A stretch of DNA of 64,000 nt from Mytilus trossulus. Taxonomy: Eukaryota. The stretch is from the NCBI RefSeq assembly GCF_036588685.1, contig NC_086375.1, positions 55,552,001-55,616,000 of the forward strand, given 5' to 3'. A program made the position numbers and the translations under genes. Below are positions 41,001-54,011 of this stretch, one piece after another. The notes beneath the pieces are model-generated. The model was given only the letters and a program-made list of their open reading frames with translations, was not told the DNA's origin and made no database searches. How positions within the stretch are numbered: the stretch's first letter is position 1; the number at the start of each line of letters is the position of its first letter.

Positions 41001-43211
41001 TTCACAACCGACCAAAAAAAAATATAGAAAAGCAAGTTTAAATTATGCATAAGTGAATTTCCTCCGTTAAATTGCAGATTTTTAAATTGAAACTTTTCTG
41101 CATGTATCAGCTCTATGTAGAAACGCAAAAACTATGATTTGTTCATGGATAAAAAGAGTTTGAAAAAATTGCTCTGTAGTCTACTCAATACGACTTTCAT
41201 TTTACATATATATTTGCCAACAATTTCGACAAGTATACGCATGTCAATCACAAAAATAAAGGGAATAAAAACGAAAAATAATGATATGACACATATTGTT
41301 ATTATACTGATAATTGGGTGGTATTCATAATTTATGAATGGTGCGAATCACTACGTTCTGTCTCGTGATTCTTCTTCCGCCATTATCTGGACGTCGAATT
41401 TAGCTTAAATACCGAAAAGCACAGCAAGAACCCAGCAAGACTCTGACAAAACATGCCTTATAATAACGATTATGGTGGTGGCCCTCCACTTGTCACGGAA
41501 TATAATCAGTGTATTAAGTCATATTCTTCTGTTGATGACATCTTCCAGCTGAGGAAGACTGTAGAAAAGAAAAAAATCGCTTGGAAAGGATCAATTACTA
41601 AAGAAAATAATCCGATAATTTTATGACTTGTCTATTGTTCTCGTACAATTACCACAAGATTTAGTTACTCAATTACAATGGCGTAATATATAATTCATAA
41701 GTATAAGGGGATTTTGTTTGCCTTGCCATTAAATGTCAAAAGGAAATAATTAATCTTTATTTTCTTATTTTTGACATTTTCCTAAGAAGCTATCTGAACA
41801 AATGTTTTTAACTGCAAATTTTTTTTTACATCAAATTAAGTAATTCACCGCATGTATCAAAAGTACTTCGTATGATTTTGTTCCAATTGCGCATTGTCCC
41901 AATGTTCTTTTTTCTTAGCAGTTATTCTTTTTCAAGGTTTAATTGGGAAACATACATTACATTTGAACTTTAAAAAATGTGCAAAGTCACATTTGACTAA
42001 AATAGCGGTCCAATTTAAGACTATACCAGGTCTAGTTCTCATCTTTATCATATAAGAGGGGCGTAGATGTGCATACCAGCAGTATATGGATGAGATTGTA
42101 TGGAAAACCTTAAGACACAATGACAATGCTCTTGAGCCTCGATGAATTGTCATTTCTGCAAATACTTCATCCACAGTGGTTTATCACGGGTCAGTTTTTC
42201 AAGTATGTGATTTATCAAAAACAACCCTTACCACTAGGTGGACAAGTAGTATGAGTCCAAAGTCCATCCGACCGACAAATTGAAACCGAAAGAATATCAT
42301 TTTACGTATGTCATATGTGTATATATTGAATCTGAAATCGAGTAATTCAGCAACTAGCTGCACGAATATATTATCATTCCTTATATAATTTGATGCACGC
42401 CATTCAGAGAAACACATGACGATTATAATTTTTCATCAATGATATGAAATTCGCTGGCTTACATATATTTTACTGCATGGTTCAAAGCTAAGTTGTTTTC
42501 GTGTGAAGTTTCGATTTGATTTTATTTCTGAGACAATCGGTTTTACAGTTTTCTTTCCACTGTTGTGTAGATTTTCTATAGTAATAAAAATATATTGCAT
42601 GCAAATACACAAATAGATGCAACATGATTCCCAGCAACTAGCAACTTATCATCTATTGCATGTTCTAATGCATCCTTTGCTTTCAAACTTTCGGACGCTT
42701 GACATTAACCTCGTTAAGCGATTTTCATCCTATCACAACTTGAAAACCGAAACTTTGTCCAATTTCATCTTGTATTGCCCTATCCTTCGTAACTGCAGAA
42801 TTAACGTTTTGGTAAACTTTTTATTTATTCCCATACAAGAAAATTAGCAAAATGTATATAGCTCCTACATATTATATAGATAGTCTGTTGCTCAATCACC
42901 AATAAAAATTTAAACTAAGTGCGGGCATTATAAGCATAAAGAATGACAAAAAGGTTGTATAAGCGTTAAAATTGCCCCTATAATAAGATTTTCCATATAG
43001 AATATTAATATAGCCATGCATGCAGATGGCTGAAATTGACAAAACCTAACTGCACCTTGTTCATGTGTCTTAGGAATTTTCTATATATGGGGGAATTATT
43101 TGTAGATGCATGTGTATAACACCAAACTGTATCTTATAACAGTTCAGTTTGTTTATATGTTGTGCATGGTCAATGTTTTGTAGAAGGTAATAATCTTATG
43201 AAATGTATTAA

Positions 43212-43406
43212 GGGAGCAACTATTTAACTTCAATGAGAGTTATGATTTTTGTCCGAGTCAGAAAATTTAGTATACCCACGCTATCAATATTGTTTTTCTT
43301 TTTCAAAATTTAACACTATAAGGTGTGAGGGAAATCTGAATTCAGAATAATTTCTTAAAGGAAAAAAACATAACCCCACTCCTTTTGAAATTAAATGGCC
43401 GTTCCC
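43212..43406. mobile_element. 195-bp MITE with imperfect 21-bp TIRs and TTAA duplication (Kolobok-like GG...CC termini)
   Basis: TTAA|GGGAGCAACTATTTAACTTCA ... TGAAATTAAATGGCCGTTCCC|TTAA; the TIRs match at 16 of 21. Confidence 0.7.
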
Positions 43407-44814
43407 TTAAACAGCAAATATGACTCAAAGCTGAAACCCAATGGTACTTGTGACGGTAATGTATAAACAATAAATTTAATTCAGTGGTTATCGTTTCTTG
43501 CTGTGTTACATATTTGTTTTTCGCTCAATATTTTGTACATAAATTAGGCCGTAAGTTTTATCTTTTGATTTTTTTTTGCATTTGTCATTTGGTGGTCTAT
43601 TATAGCTGACTATGCGATATGAGCTTTGCTCATAGTTGAAGGCTGTATGGTGACATATAATTGTTAATTTCTGTTTCATTTGGTCTCTTATGAAGAGCTG
43701 TATCATTGGCAATCATACCACAGCTTTTTTTTTTTTTTTATTATAAAACAGTTCTTTGATATATAAAAATAAGAAGATGTGGTATGATAATGACAACAAC
43801 AATTATCCACTAAAGTTTAATTAAATTGGATGTAAGCAATCATAGGCAACCGCACGACCTTCTTCAACGAAACAACCCCATATCGTGTTAAATTTGCGAC
43901 AATAAAAGTAAGGAACGAAGGATAAAGAAAGTTCAAAACAAATTTGGGATACATAATAACCAGCAAATTTTGAAATAAGTAACGTCGAAGGAAAGATACC
44001 CCCGAATTAATGCAAAGCATGTTCACCCCTGTTGTAAGTACAGTAAAATCTTTCATATACTCTGTCGTGCTGTGATTGTAGGCAGTACCACAGCGGATAC
44101 ACAGTAAGTGATTAAGAAATCTTTTGTACCTAGTTACATTCCTGATTGATAATTGTCGAAAGAATCGTACCAAAGGTCGTATCGAAGAAATATTTCATGG
44201 TCTAAAGTACCTTTTAATTAGTTGCATGATGATGATGTTCTTAACAGAAATGAATACCCATTAAATATCATTGTTATTGCTATTATGGGTTTGAAATAAT
44301 ATTTGCTTTCCCGGAATCCAGATGTACATTGCAAACTTATTAATCTAATTCAATACGACAAAATCATTATCAAATAAATCATAATATCCATCCGCTAAAT
44401 TCTCTTTGATGAGTATGATTTCCTCTTATGCTTGAAACTTTAATATGAAAAACAGAAATCTGAAGGAACGAAATGTTTTTCAGGGCGTAAGGTTGTTAGT
44501 AGGTTCACTAGAAGATATATCATATTAGTTCTCAATTGTTATTGCAGGCGGTTTGAAATGTCCTATTTCCTGTTTTAGGGAATATTAATTGTCTTGGATC
44601 ACATTAATCAAACGCACTGGAATTCAGCAAGTGTGAGTTTTTGTATATTTATTATAGTCTTTATACGTTGAGAATTACAATGTTCTTAATGTATCTTTAC
44701 AACGTGTCGTATAATTTGACAATGTGCTACTAGTATTATATTTTTAAGTCACTATAAACATTAAACTGATGTATGCCAAATAAAGATGTTACAATTTTAG
44801 TACCAAAGTTAAAT

Positions 44815-45420
44815 ATAAAATCACAAAAATACTGAACTCCGAAGAAAATTCAAAAAGGAAAGTTCCTAATCAAATAGCAACATTTAACTCATCAACCGAA
44901 TGGATAACCTGGTTTGGGACAGGAATTTTCTTATGTAGAAAACGGTGTATTGAACCTAGTTTTAAAGCTAGCTAAACCTCTAACTTGTATGACAGTCGCT
45001 TCAAATTCCATCGAATTGCCAACGATGTGTGAACAAAACAAACAGTCATAAAAGGTAAAAATGTCAACAGTAGGGGTACCGTAATCGTCATTTAATTATA
45101 ATCTTAATCACTATAATAAATAAATAATTATGTAACAAAGAAGCACAAAAAGGCATAAAGACAAATAATGTAGGCACACATAAAAGAAAATAATACACAA
45201 ATTTACCATATCACAATAACGGATGTATAAGTACAGAGCCACGTCATATATGTATCAAAGAAGCATACAAAAAAGCATATAGACAAACCGCATTAGCAAA
45301 AATAAAAGACATTAATACAAAAATGTTTTACAATAGCACAATGACGGGATGATAAGTACAGAGCCACGTCATATATGTATCAAAGAAACACAAAAAGACA
45401 TATAGACAAACCGCATTAGC
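44815..45420 (-). mobile_element. Long repeat family A copy with degenerate twister-like motif and ~125-bp internal tandem duplication
   Basis: AAAATCACAAAAATACTGAACTCCG...TAAACCTCTAACTTGTATGACAGTC; ATAAGTACAGAGCCACGTCATATATGTATCAAAGAA occurs twice (~45227, ~45352). Confidence 0.85.
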
Positions 45421-46517
45421 CGGCAATGAAAATTTCATTTCAAAATTAGGTCGCAAAGTCCCCCCCCCCCCCAAAAAAAAATGCATCCATTGTCCAGACG
45501 TATAAAATGGCATTGATCAGCGTTATGTCGTCGTACGAAGGCGTCCCAGAACAAAATTAAAATAGCCTTGTCAGACGTCATAATTATTTGGACTAATCAT
45601 TCTCGTGTCCTGTTATAGCTAATATTACGCTTGTGTTCGGTTACACCTGATATCGCAATAGTGTGCTTTGGCATTATATGATCACTATAGTGTGTGGACA
45701 CCTTAACCTATTTGACTACTGCTTAGTTCCCTTCTTGCAATTGGATATCATAGCTTGTGACGTCAAATATGATTGACCGGTCTTTCTTAATTTATCAGCG
45801 ACGGCCTAATGGTTGACCCGAACTAATCTTGTCCTCTTCCGATTTGTTTTAAAAACAAATATAACTATTGCTTTATCATAATTAATAGGACGTCGATTTT
45901 AACAGATGTATATGCGCAGCATATTATTTAATGATAAAGTATATGCATGCCTTAATAATTAGATATCTTCCGCATTATACATCTGAAAAGTTTTAAGATT
46001 GAAGATTCGTCAAAATATTCTTCAATGCATACATTTGTACAAGAATAAGATGACAGTTGTGTTTATTTTTGCTCAGGTGTCAAATCATGACAGAATAACC
46101 ATATGCCAAAACAGAAACGAACCACTTCAGGTGATATTTACCCAAGATAATAATCTTTAGATGTACAAATAAACAAATTCTAAATTTTATATTAGATTAG
46201 AGTCTTTGGAAGTTTTGATACCAACCAATTTAAAATAATATACCCTACCCTGTTTGTGTTCAGTATACACACAATATCATACTGCAAATGCAAGGGTGCA
46301 CTCTAATACTACTTTAACAAGAACAGATATTGCTATTATTATGATCGTATGTATATCTTTCTGATCAGGTTAATATATGATATATTTACATTTCCAATAT
46401 TATTTTTAATCTATATGATTTATTTCTTAATTCATTTTCAAAAGTAAAACGGATCTTATATAAATATACGTTATTCAATAAAACAATTACTTGAAAGTTC
46501 GAGGTTCATTTTGACAA

Positions 46518-46606
46518 GACCTGTTGGTGACCTTCTGCTGTTGTTTTTTCTATGGTCGGGTTGTTCTCTCTTTCATACATTCCCCATTTCCATTCTCAAT
46601 TTTATT
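46518..46606 (+). mobile_element. Repeat family E 3' stub
   Basis: GACCTGTTGGTGACCTTCTGCTGTTG...TTCCCCATTTCCATTCTCAATTTT is the reverse complement of 60836-60927. Further stubs at ~30138, ~31550-31622 and ~61975-62078. Confidence 0.85.
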
Positions 46607-46677
46607 TGTATTTAAAGTTTATCATAAAGTATTAAAAAAATGTCACACTTTGCTTCTTCAGAAGATCTTATACTTTA

Positions 46678-47262
46678 CAAAAGAGGGGGGAAGATACCAG
46701 TGGGACAGCCAAACTCATAGATAAAAAATAAACTGACAACGCCATGACTAAAAAGAAAAAGACGAACAGACAAATAATAGTACAAAGGCACAACATAGAA
46801 CACTAAAGACTAAGCAACACGAACCCCACCAAAACTGGCGGTGATCTCAGGTGCTCTGGAAGGGTTAGCTGATCCTGCTTCACATGTTGCACCCGTGTTG
46901 CTCATGTTATTACAAACTCCTCGATAAATAATCTAACTTGGTTTAGGTCAAATTCGTGAAAAGGGAACGGAATTATAGTTACAACACAAGGAACATGTCC
47001 GATATAATCTGTGAAACGGTTATTCCATAACGGTCAACCAACTCGTGACGGGGTCCGAAAAATTTACGAAGGGTTGATTTCAACTTCACTTTTTGGAACG
47101 CGTGGTTTAATTGCTTCCTTGTGAGCAGCACCCTCCATATGAATTTCAAACATCACCCCTCTTCATGAATTTCTAACAGTATACTACTGTTGCCTTCATT
47201 TAATAGCTTCCTTGTGAGCAGCACCCATCTTTCAAGGAAATCATGAATATCGTATCAATTGT
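46678..47262 (-). mobile_element. 5'-truncated, rearranged Penelope-like retroelement (family C): RT-thumb C-terminus plus 3' UTR
   Basis: Minus frame 47128->46979 reads LLTRKQLNHAFQKVKLKSTLRKFFGPRHELVDRYGITVSQIISDMFLVL*. A duplicated upstream piece (47199-47262) reads QLIRYS/HDFLERWVLLTRKLL. Resembles the PLE thumb signature SQ.xR..R.CS...F......L...L...GY (recalled pattern, no search run). Confidence 0.7.
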
Positions 47263-50200
47263 TTTAATACTTTTGCCAGATGAAAGAGTCTCAGATTGTA
47301 TGTACTCTAAAAGATCTTTGGATATTTTTAGTATCCATATCTGCCACCTCTAGTTTTAGTTTGTTACCCCGATTTTGTTATTGTGCACGGATTTATGAGT
47401 TTGAACCGCGGTATACTACTGTTGCCTTTATTTAGAATGAGCAGTTTCTCCAAAACCTTGAATCCCGGTTTGATTGCTTATAAAATAGATGTTAATAAAT
47501 TAGAAAGAGGTTACGTGGAACACTTGGAAGACCCAGCAATATACCGTTGTTTGTAAGGACACTTATCTAGTTTAGGAATTCAATTCAGTGATGGAAGATC
47601 CAGTTCTTTATCTTTGGAGGAAATTCGAAAGGAAAGGAACATAAAACAGACCTATGATTATCAAGGATTTCCTCTTTGGTAAGTGTCGTGAAGGCATATG
47701 TTGAGTTTTCAAGTGAATTGTCAATAAATAATTCATTTATAAAGCAGTTTATTTAATGAGATTTATACACAAAAACGATTTTATTTGGGATTTATCTGCG
47801 GGGACAACAACATATTTTGTCATGAAGATAGGACAAGTGTTTTGCAACATTTGGGTCTTTACAGTTTGACGTAACATTACGGGTATTGATAGACCCATTC
47901 AGTTTCTTAATTCTGATTTGTATGAAAGAACCTTTTTTTGCGAATTTAAACACATTCCTCATAAGAGTATATTAAAGGCTCAACAGTCACCACATTTTGG
48001 AGATAATATCAATCACATGATCCTGAAATTGACAACATGTAACGCCACAAAACACGAATGCACACAACATACTGCAAAAAGGAATCAGCAGTAATATAAC
48101 TTATCGTATGCTTGACTTAATCGTGGTTTAATTTCGTAAAAGTGAGACATCATGATGGAGATGAGACTCATATGAAGATGCAAAAGGGCTTACCAAATTT
48201 ATACACGTCGATTATTTCCTTTCACTTGACTTACCATAATACTTGATTAAAGTATAGAAAACTATTACATTAATAATTAGAAAACAGAACACTTAGATAT
48301 TATTGTTACGAAATAACTAAAAGGTGGTCTTTTTTGGGGGAATATTTTTTTTATGTATATAAGGCGTATTTTTTATGCAAATGATATATTACACATAAAA
48401 GGACGTTTACATTTAAAATTACCTTGTACTGAAAGAAAAACTATATATACTGAGGGCTCTACTCTCATTTTACTAATAAAGAGGGAAAAAAAGAATAAAA
48501 AAGTGTCAGAATTGCTAAAATGGACATATTTAAACACACAAATGATTCAAACATTTTACTTGATTTTCGTCGATAAGGTAATAGAGATACCAGTGTATAT
48601 TCATATATCGACAATTAGAAGTTATTTGTATGTTTACATTTTGATAATATTTTTCTTCATTGTCTCACGATTTCTTAATAACTTAACGTGGCGTAAATCT
48701 TAAAGCAAATACAAAACGACCATTAATGATCTCTGTATTGACCAACCGCGACCAGTAGCTTAGTAAACGGTACAATTTTGTTTCTTGAATCATTCGTGAG
48801 GAATTTTATTCCGACCGAAGTCACGTATGTTAACCAATATATTTCAAAGGTTTTAAGTTTATATATATATTTATGATATCTCTGACTTAATTCTTTCAAA
48901 AAGGGTGAATATTTGTATAGAAGGAACATACAATTGGCGAAAAACCTTTTACTCCATAGTTGTTCATAAAAATAACTATATGACATTTTGTTCATACATA
49001 CATTTCCGTTTCAATGATGCAAATTGAAGGTAGAGTCGTCGACTTCGTTTTATGCGGTATATATTATTAAAAGCTGGGTTCTTTGTAAAAAAAAAACTCC
49101 CACAAAACTTCGCAATATAGTTAAAGAGGGGCGAATGATACCTTTAGGGAACCGGAACGTCATCGCGTTGCAAGCCATAAAATGTTTTGATGTTTTTCAC
49201 TACAAATAAAGTAACGCATTGATTATTAGACGAAAAAGAAGTCGGTGACCATATATTTATTTTATAGTATTAAAACAGAAATGTATGTGTCAACAACATA
49301 CAGTTTTCTTTTTCTGGACAATTCTGTAGGGTAGAAATTAAAGAATTTTTGATTTTAAGACAAATGTTAGAAGTGTTTTCGCCAATTTTTGGCTTTTTAT
49401 ACTAATATTCTCCAATATTGAAAGACAACAATCTTTTATATTACAGTTAATAAAAGAGATAAATGCATTATTTTTGCGACTGTTGGTTGTAGTTCAACAA
49501 GCCAAGATTGTATTCAAAATTTCAGCAAAATCTGCGACAAAGCCCATTTACTGTCCCTAAACCTTAATATTTTTCATTTATTTATTGTATTGTGTATAGT
49601 TTTTCACAACACTCAGTGAAAGAATATTAATTGGCGATAATCAAGTCACGTTATAGTATTTCAATGTAAAAGAGGAATTGTGGTATGATATCAATGAGAC
49701 AACCATCCGGCAACTGAGTTCAAATGAAGAAGTTTAAAGCAGTAATCAGGCGATATAGTGGTTACAATTTTATTTCTTCAATTACGTATTTCAAATATAC
49801 AGCAGTTTAGATAACTTGATTTTTTTTGTGGCAAGTAATTTAAATATATTAATATACTTTGTAACAAATACTTTTCTTTGTCACCCGAAACCATTCGACG
49901 TCTTGGAATACAACCCGTGTAATTACCAGCACTTTGTCATTTGTGAGTATTTTTTTCTCAGTATTAGATGCGTCATTCTCGTTTCGTATATCCGAAGTGG
50001 GTGTTTTCAATCTCACACAGCGATCGCCCTGGGATATCTAGCATATTCAAACTGAAACAAGCAAATTTTAAACGTTTTTGATGGATCTTGTTAAATTTGA
50101 AGTTTCATTATGATTTGAACAATACTATTTGTGTATTTAACATGGTTTACATATTTGAGGCGGTGTAAATTGGCATGTGACATATCGGCCACAGTTCATG

Positions 50201-50696
50201 GGGTGAGCTTCCTTCTAATGATGTCTTGTTATTCACATGTATTCTGTCATCTTCATCATTAGTTTGTGACACTTTTTTCTTCTTTTATATAAGTAATTTG
50301 TAATTGTGAGTTTGTATCTTCACGAGAAAGTCCCATTTAGGTAATATACAGAACAATTTGTATATATCACTGTTAAAAGTGTATGCATGTTTAAGCAGCT
50401 AAATAATCATGCAACTACAATATTTGATTGAATCTTAGCGTAAATTTTGATAGCGTATACAAAAAAGATCACTCACAATATTGCAATTATTTTTTTCGAA
50501 TTTCCAAAGATTTTAGAAAACTTTACTAAATACTGTATGAAGCAGAATTAACATAACCTTCTCAGACAAAAAGTAAAGGCATCTTACAAAATTCTTTAAA
50601 TTCAATTTTAGATACATCTATAATGTTCTGAAACTCAACAACCCGCATCTCAGTGACTGCTTACTATCTTATATATCTCAGTTGACTTGAAATAAA

Positions 50697-50853
50697 GAGT
50701 AAAAACACAAAAATACCGAACTCCGAGGAAAATTCAAAAGGAAAATCCAAAATCAAAAGGCAAATCAAAGGTCCAAACACATCAAACGAATGGATAACAA
50801 CTGTCATATTCCTGACTTGGTACAGGCATTTTCTAATGTAGAAAATGGTGGAT
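50697..50853 (-). mobile_element. Repeat family A copy, 5'-truncated at the predicted twister cleavage site
   Basis: Near-consensus 3' half of the motif at 50799-50853; homology stops at GGTGGAT. Confidence 0.85.
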
Positions 50854-52289
50854 GACTATGCTTATAGAGAAGATCTGCTTCATATTCTGATTTGTTCTTC
50901 GATATTGATATATATGGACTACGCCACATAACATTTTATGACAAACGTGAATTGCACTTTTCAAATTGTGGACTCCCATTACGTAACAGAAATTGTCGAC
51001 TCTTATTACGTAACAGTAACATATCATCTTCTCCATCGTATGGTGTTAGAAAATCTTACCGAAAACTCTTGTGCTTGTTCACATTATATGGACTTAACCA
51101 ACAGTGTGCAATTTACACAAACGAAAAGATGCAATATAGTTATTAGAACAATAAATACAATCTTCACTTTATGTTAGTTAACCGATGCGATGTATAAGTG
51201 TCGCAACTCATTGTTTACATGTTTTCGCGATTCTAGATATTTCGATACCAGCATAGTCATCTGATCTGAAACAGCATAGTGTGTCCTTTTCCCGATTGTG
51301 ACATTTTGACTGACTTAATTTACATGTCAATTGATGCATGCGTAGCAAGAAACACACTCATTCGCTCTTTTTGGAGTATACCATTCGATTCCTCCAATTG
51401 TGTTTGTGATCTTTTTTAAATCAACTCACAAGACTTGACCATCCGTTAAATACGGTTGCTAATGTGATATCTCGGAATAAAGGCTACACTGCCTGGTTAT
51501 GTCAGCCAAAAGGACAAACATTATTGCACATCATTAAATAAGAACGTTTTGTGAAATTAATGCTATAGAGAAATAAATACCACCACTATATATCGTGTGT
51601 GATACGATATCGCCTGACTGCAATAGTAATGCAGTTAGATTTCAAGCATATAAAATGTACAAAAAGCCTCAAAAAGAAAAACAAATGGGGAGATGATACT
51701 AAAGGCGTTATACCCTTATGTTGAAAAATTAATCGAACAGAAAAAAAGAGGTCACAAGATACATCACTGAAATCTATAAAACAGGTGTGTAAGGAAGCAA
51801 AAGTGTTAATGTGTAAATTTGATTAATCCTCACCTTTTCTTTGGATTAACCTTCTTCAGATAAAAAAATATTTGAAGCCAATGATGTACGAAAACCGACT
51901 AATAATAAAAGCAATATTTTAACAAAGCTATACTATAAACCATGCAAGTACGGAAGCACTTATTACTGACCTGATGATACCATTGGGACTAACAAACCAC
52001 ACCACAAACTAAGCTTACTGTTTGCGTCGTGTATGTGTTCCAGTTGTTACAATAGTAAACTATAACTATTTTTGTTGTTACAGTAGTAACAAGTGTCCAT
52101 GGCAACAATCTGTATTTAGTTATTATCAAATATGCCAAAATAAGATGACACATCTTTTCCTTAAAATTGACCAAAGTAAACGTAGAATGTTAACCTCTGC
52201 GAGAGATAGATTTTCTGAAATTATTAACACATATCTATCAAATGCTATTGAATGCCTTTCGTCATATTTTTCATAAAATTGCATAGAAA

Positions 52290-52655
52290 AAAAATACTGA
52301 AATCCGAGGAAAATTCAAAACGGAAAGTCCCTAAGCAAATGGCAAAATCAAATGATAAAACACATCAAACGAATGGACAACTGCCATATTACTGACTTGG
52401 TACAGGCATTATCAAATGTAGAAAACGGTGGACTGAACATTGTTTTATAGCGCTAAACCTCTCACTTGTATGGCAGTCGATTCAAATTCCGTTATTTTTA
52501 CAACGATGCGTGAACAAAACAGACAAAATGGTTTACCTTTATAAATTGTTATTTGGATGGAGAGTTGTCTCGTTGGCACTCACACCACATCTTCCTATAT
52601 CTATAGTCGGTAAAATAGTCAAAATATGGTTACAGCAGTCATCACTGTGTTACAA
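52290..52655 (-). mobile_element. Repeat family A copy with twister-like motif (52379-52478) and a nested family B stub (52534-52582)
   Basis: AACTGCCATA / TATGGCAGTC pair (compensatory change versus other copies). Family A homology resumes at GGTAAAATAGTCAAAATATGG after the insert. Confidence 0.85.
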
Positions 52656-52928
52656 TCAAGGTTAGTGTAAAAAATATAATTGTTAACATTTTAAAAATTG
52701 CAGGACTTATGGCTGATATGGATAAGAAGATACGGACTGTCAAACAGTCATTAGCCCATATAATATACAAAATTAATAGTGATGTGCATACAAACTAACT
52801 TTGAATGCCATATTATGCGCCATGTATTTTAAATTGCATTTAATTGCACAGTGAATTAAATATTCAAAACAATAATCTACAAGGAATAAGATAACAAAAA
52901 TACACTCCTAATCATTAATATCAAGCGT

Positions 52929-53197
52929 AGTCCCCAAGGTTATCAAAAAGCCCTGTAACCAGTGCCTGAGTACTGACGGATTTTGTTGTATTTTAAATAG
53001 TAAACTGTAACTATGTTTTTCTATTCAAGGAATAAATTACTTAAGCTGTATTTTGCCAAACTTTTATTTTGGGTCCTAAATACTTTTCAACTTCGTATTA
53101 TATTTGGCTTTCTATGATTCGAGCGTCACCGATGATTTTATAGCGGACGAACCGCGCATCTAGCGTAGACAATTTCAATCCTGGTATCTATGATGAG
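52929..53197 (+). mobile_element. Long but decayed hammerhead-bearing (retrozyme-like) monomer
   Basis: GAGCGTCA-CCGATGA-TTTTATAGCGGAC-GAAC-CGCGCATC-TAGCGT at 53121-53166 with family flanks (TTTGGCTTT, AATCCTGGTA). Its 5' part has a weak inverted homologue at ~51940-51992. Confidence 0.7.
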
Positions 53198-53787
53198 TTT
53201 TTTGTTGTTGAAATTGCATATGGTAGAGTAAAATTGGTACCGTTAATATTATGTCTACAACTAGGCCGATTCCTCTGCTGGTGTACTGTAGACAGTAACG
53301 GATGTTAATACCATTGAAGTTTTGGCATGAAAATACGGATACTGTTTTATAGGCATTAGATTTGGCAAAATTAAAGAGTCGTTAAATGTCGGAATAAGAA
53401 TTTGTTGTAGTAAACTACTCATCATTAATGTGACTGTATTACAACCGAGTGACGGCATTTGCATAACAGTATTTGAAATTATACCATGCACTTCCTTTCG
53501 GGACAAATGATATACAATACGGTTTTCTGGTAGAAACAACATAGACGTTAAAAAACATAAAGCTACAAAAGGTATATGAACTACTGTAAATAAAACTGGA
53601 TAAACTATGGAGCTCTTCTAATGACAAGCTACATTCATTGGTGAATATTTCTGCGACAGATAAAACATACCCGTGTATGCTCATCTGTAACACAGACCTA
53701 ACGATCAACCAATCAGAATCGCACGCGTAATGCTTTCAGAGATATCACTTACAACTATTTACAATTTCACAGATAAAAATATGGTTC

Positions 53788-54011
53788 AATAAATAAAAGC
53801 AACAGTAGTATACCGCTGTTCGAAAGCCATAAATCGGTTGAGAGAAAACAAATCCAGGTTTCAAACTTAAACTGAGGTAAATAAGAGGAAAATAAAAAAT
53901 GAACAACACCACTGAAATGCAACAAAAACCCAAAACGACAACGCAAAACATAGAAACGAAATATCAGATAACAACCGCCATTCCCACGACTTGGTACAGA
54001 ACATTTTAAGA
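53788..54011 (-). mobile_element. Repeat family F copy, 3' part (twister-like core interrupted by an insertion)
   Basis: AATAAAAGCAACAGTAGTATACCGCTGTTC...GACTTGGTACAGAACATTTT; the remainder is at 55522-55580. Confidence 0.75.

Noticed and set aside
47438-47683. Exon-like stretch ending in GTAAG
   Set aside because: Contains stops and needs a frameshift; no recognisable protein or partner exons.
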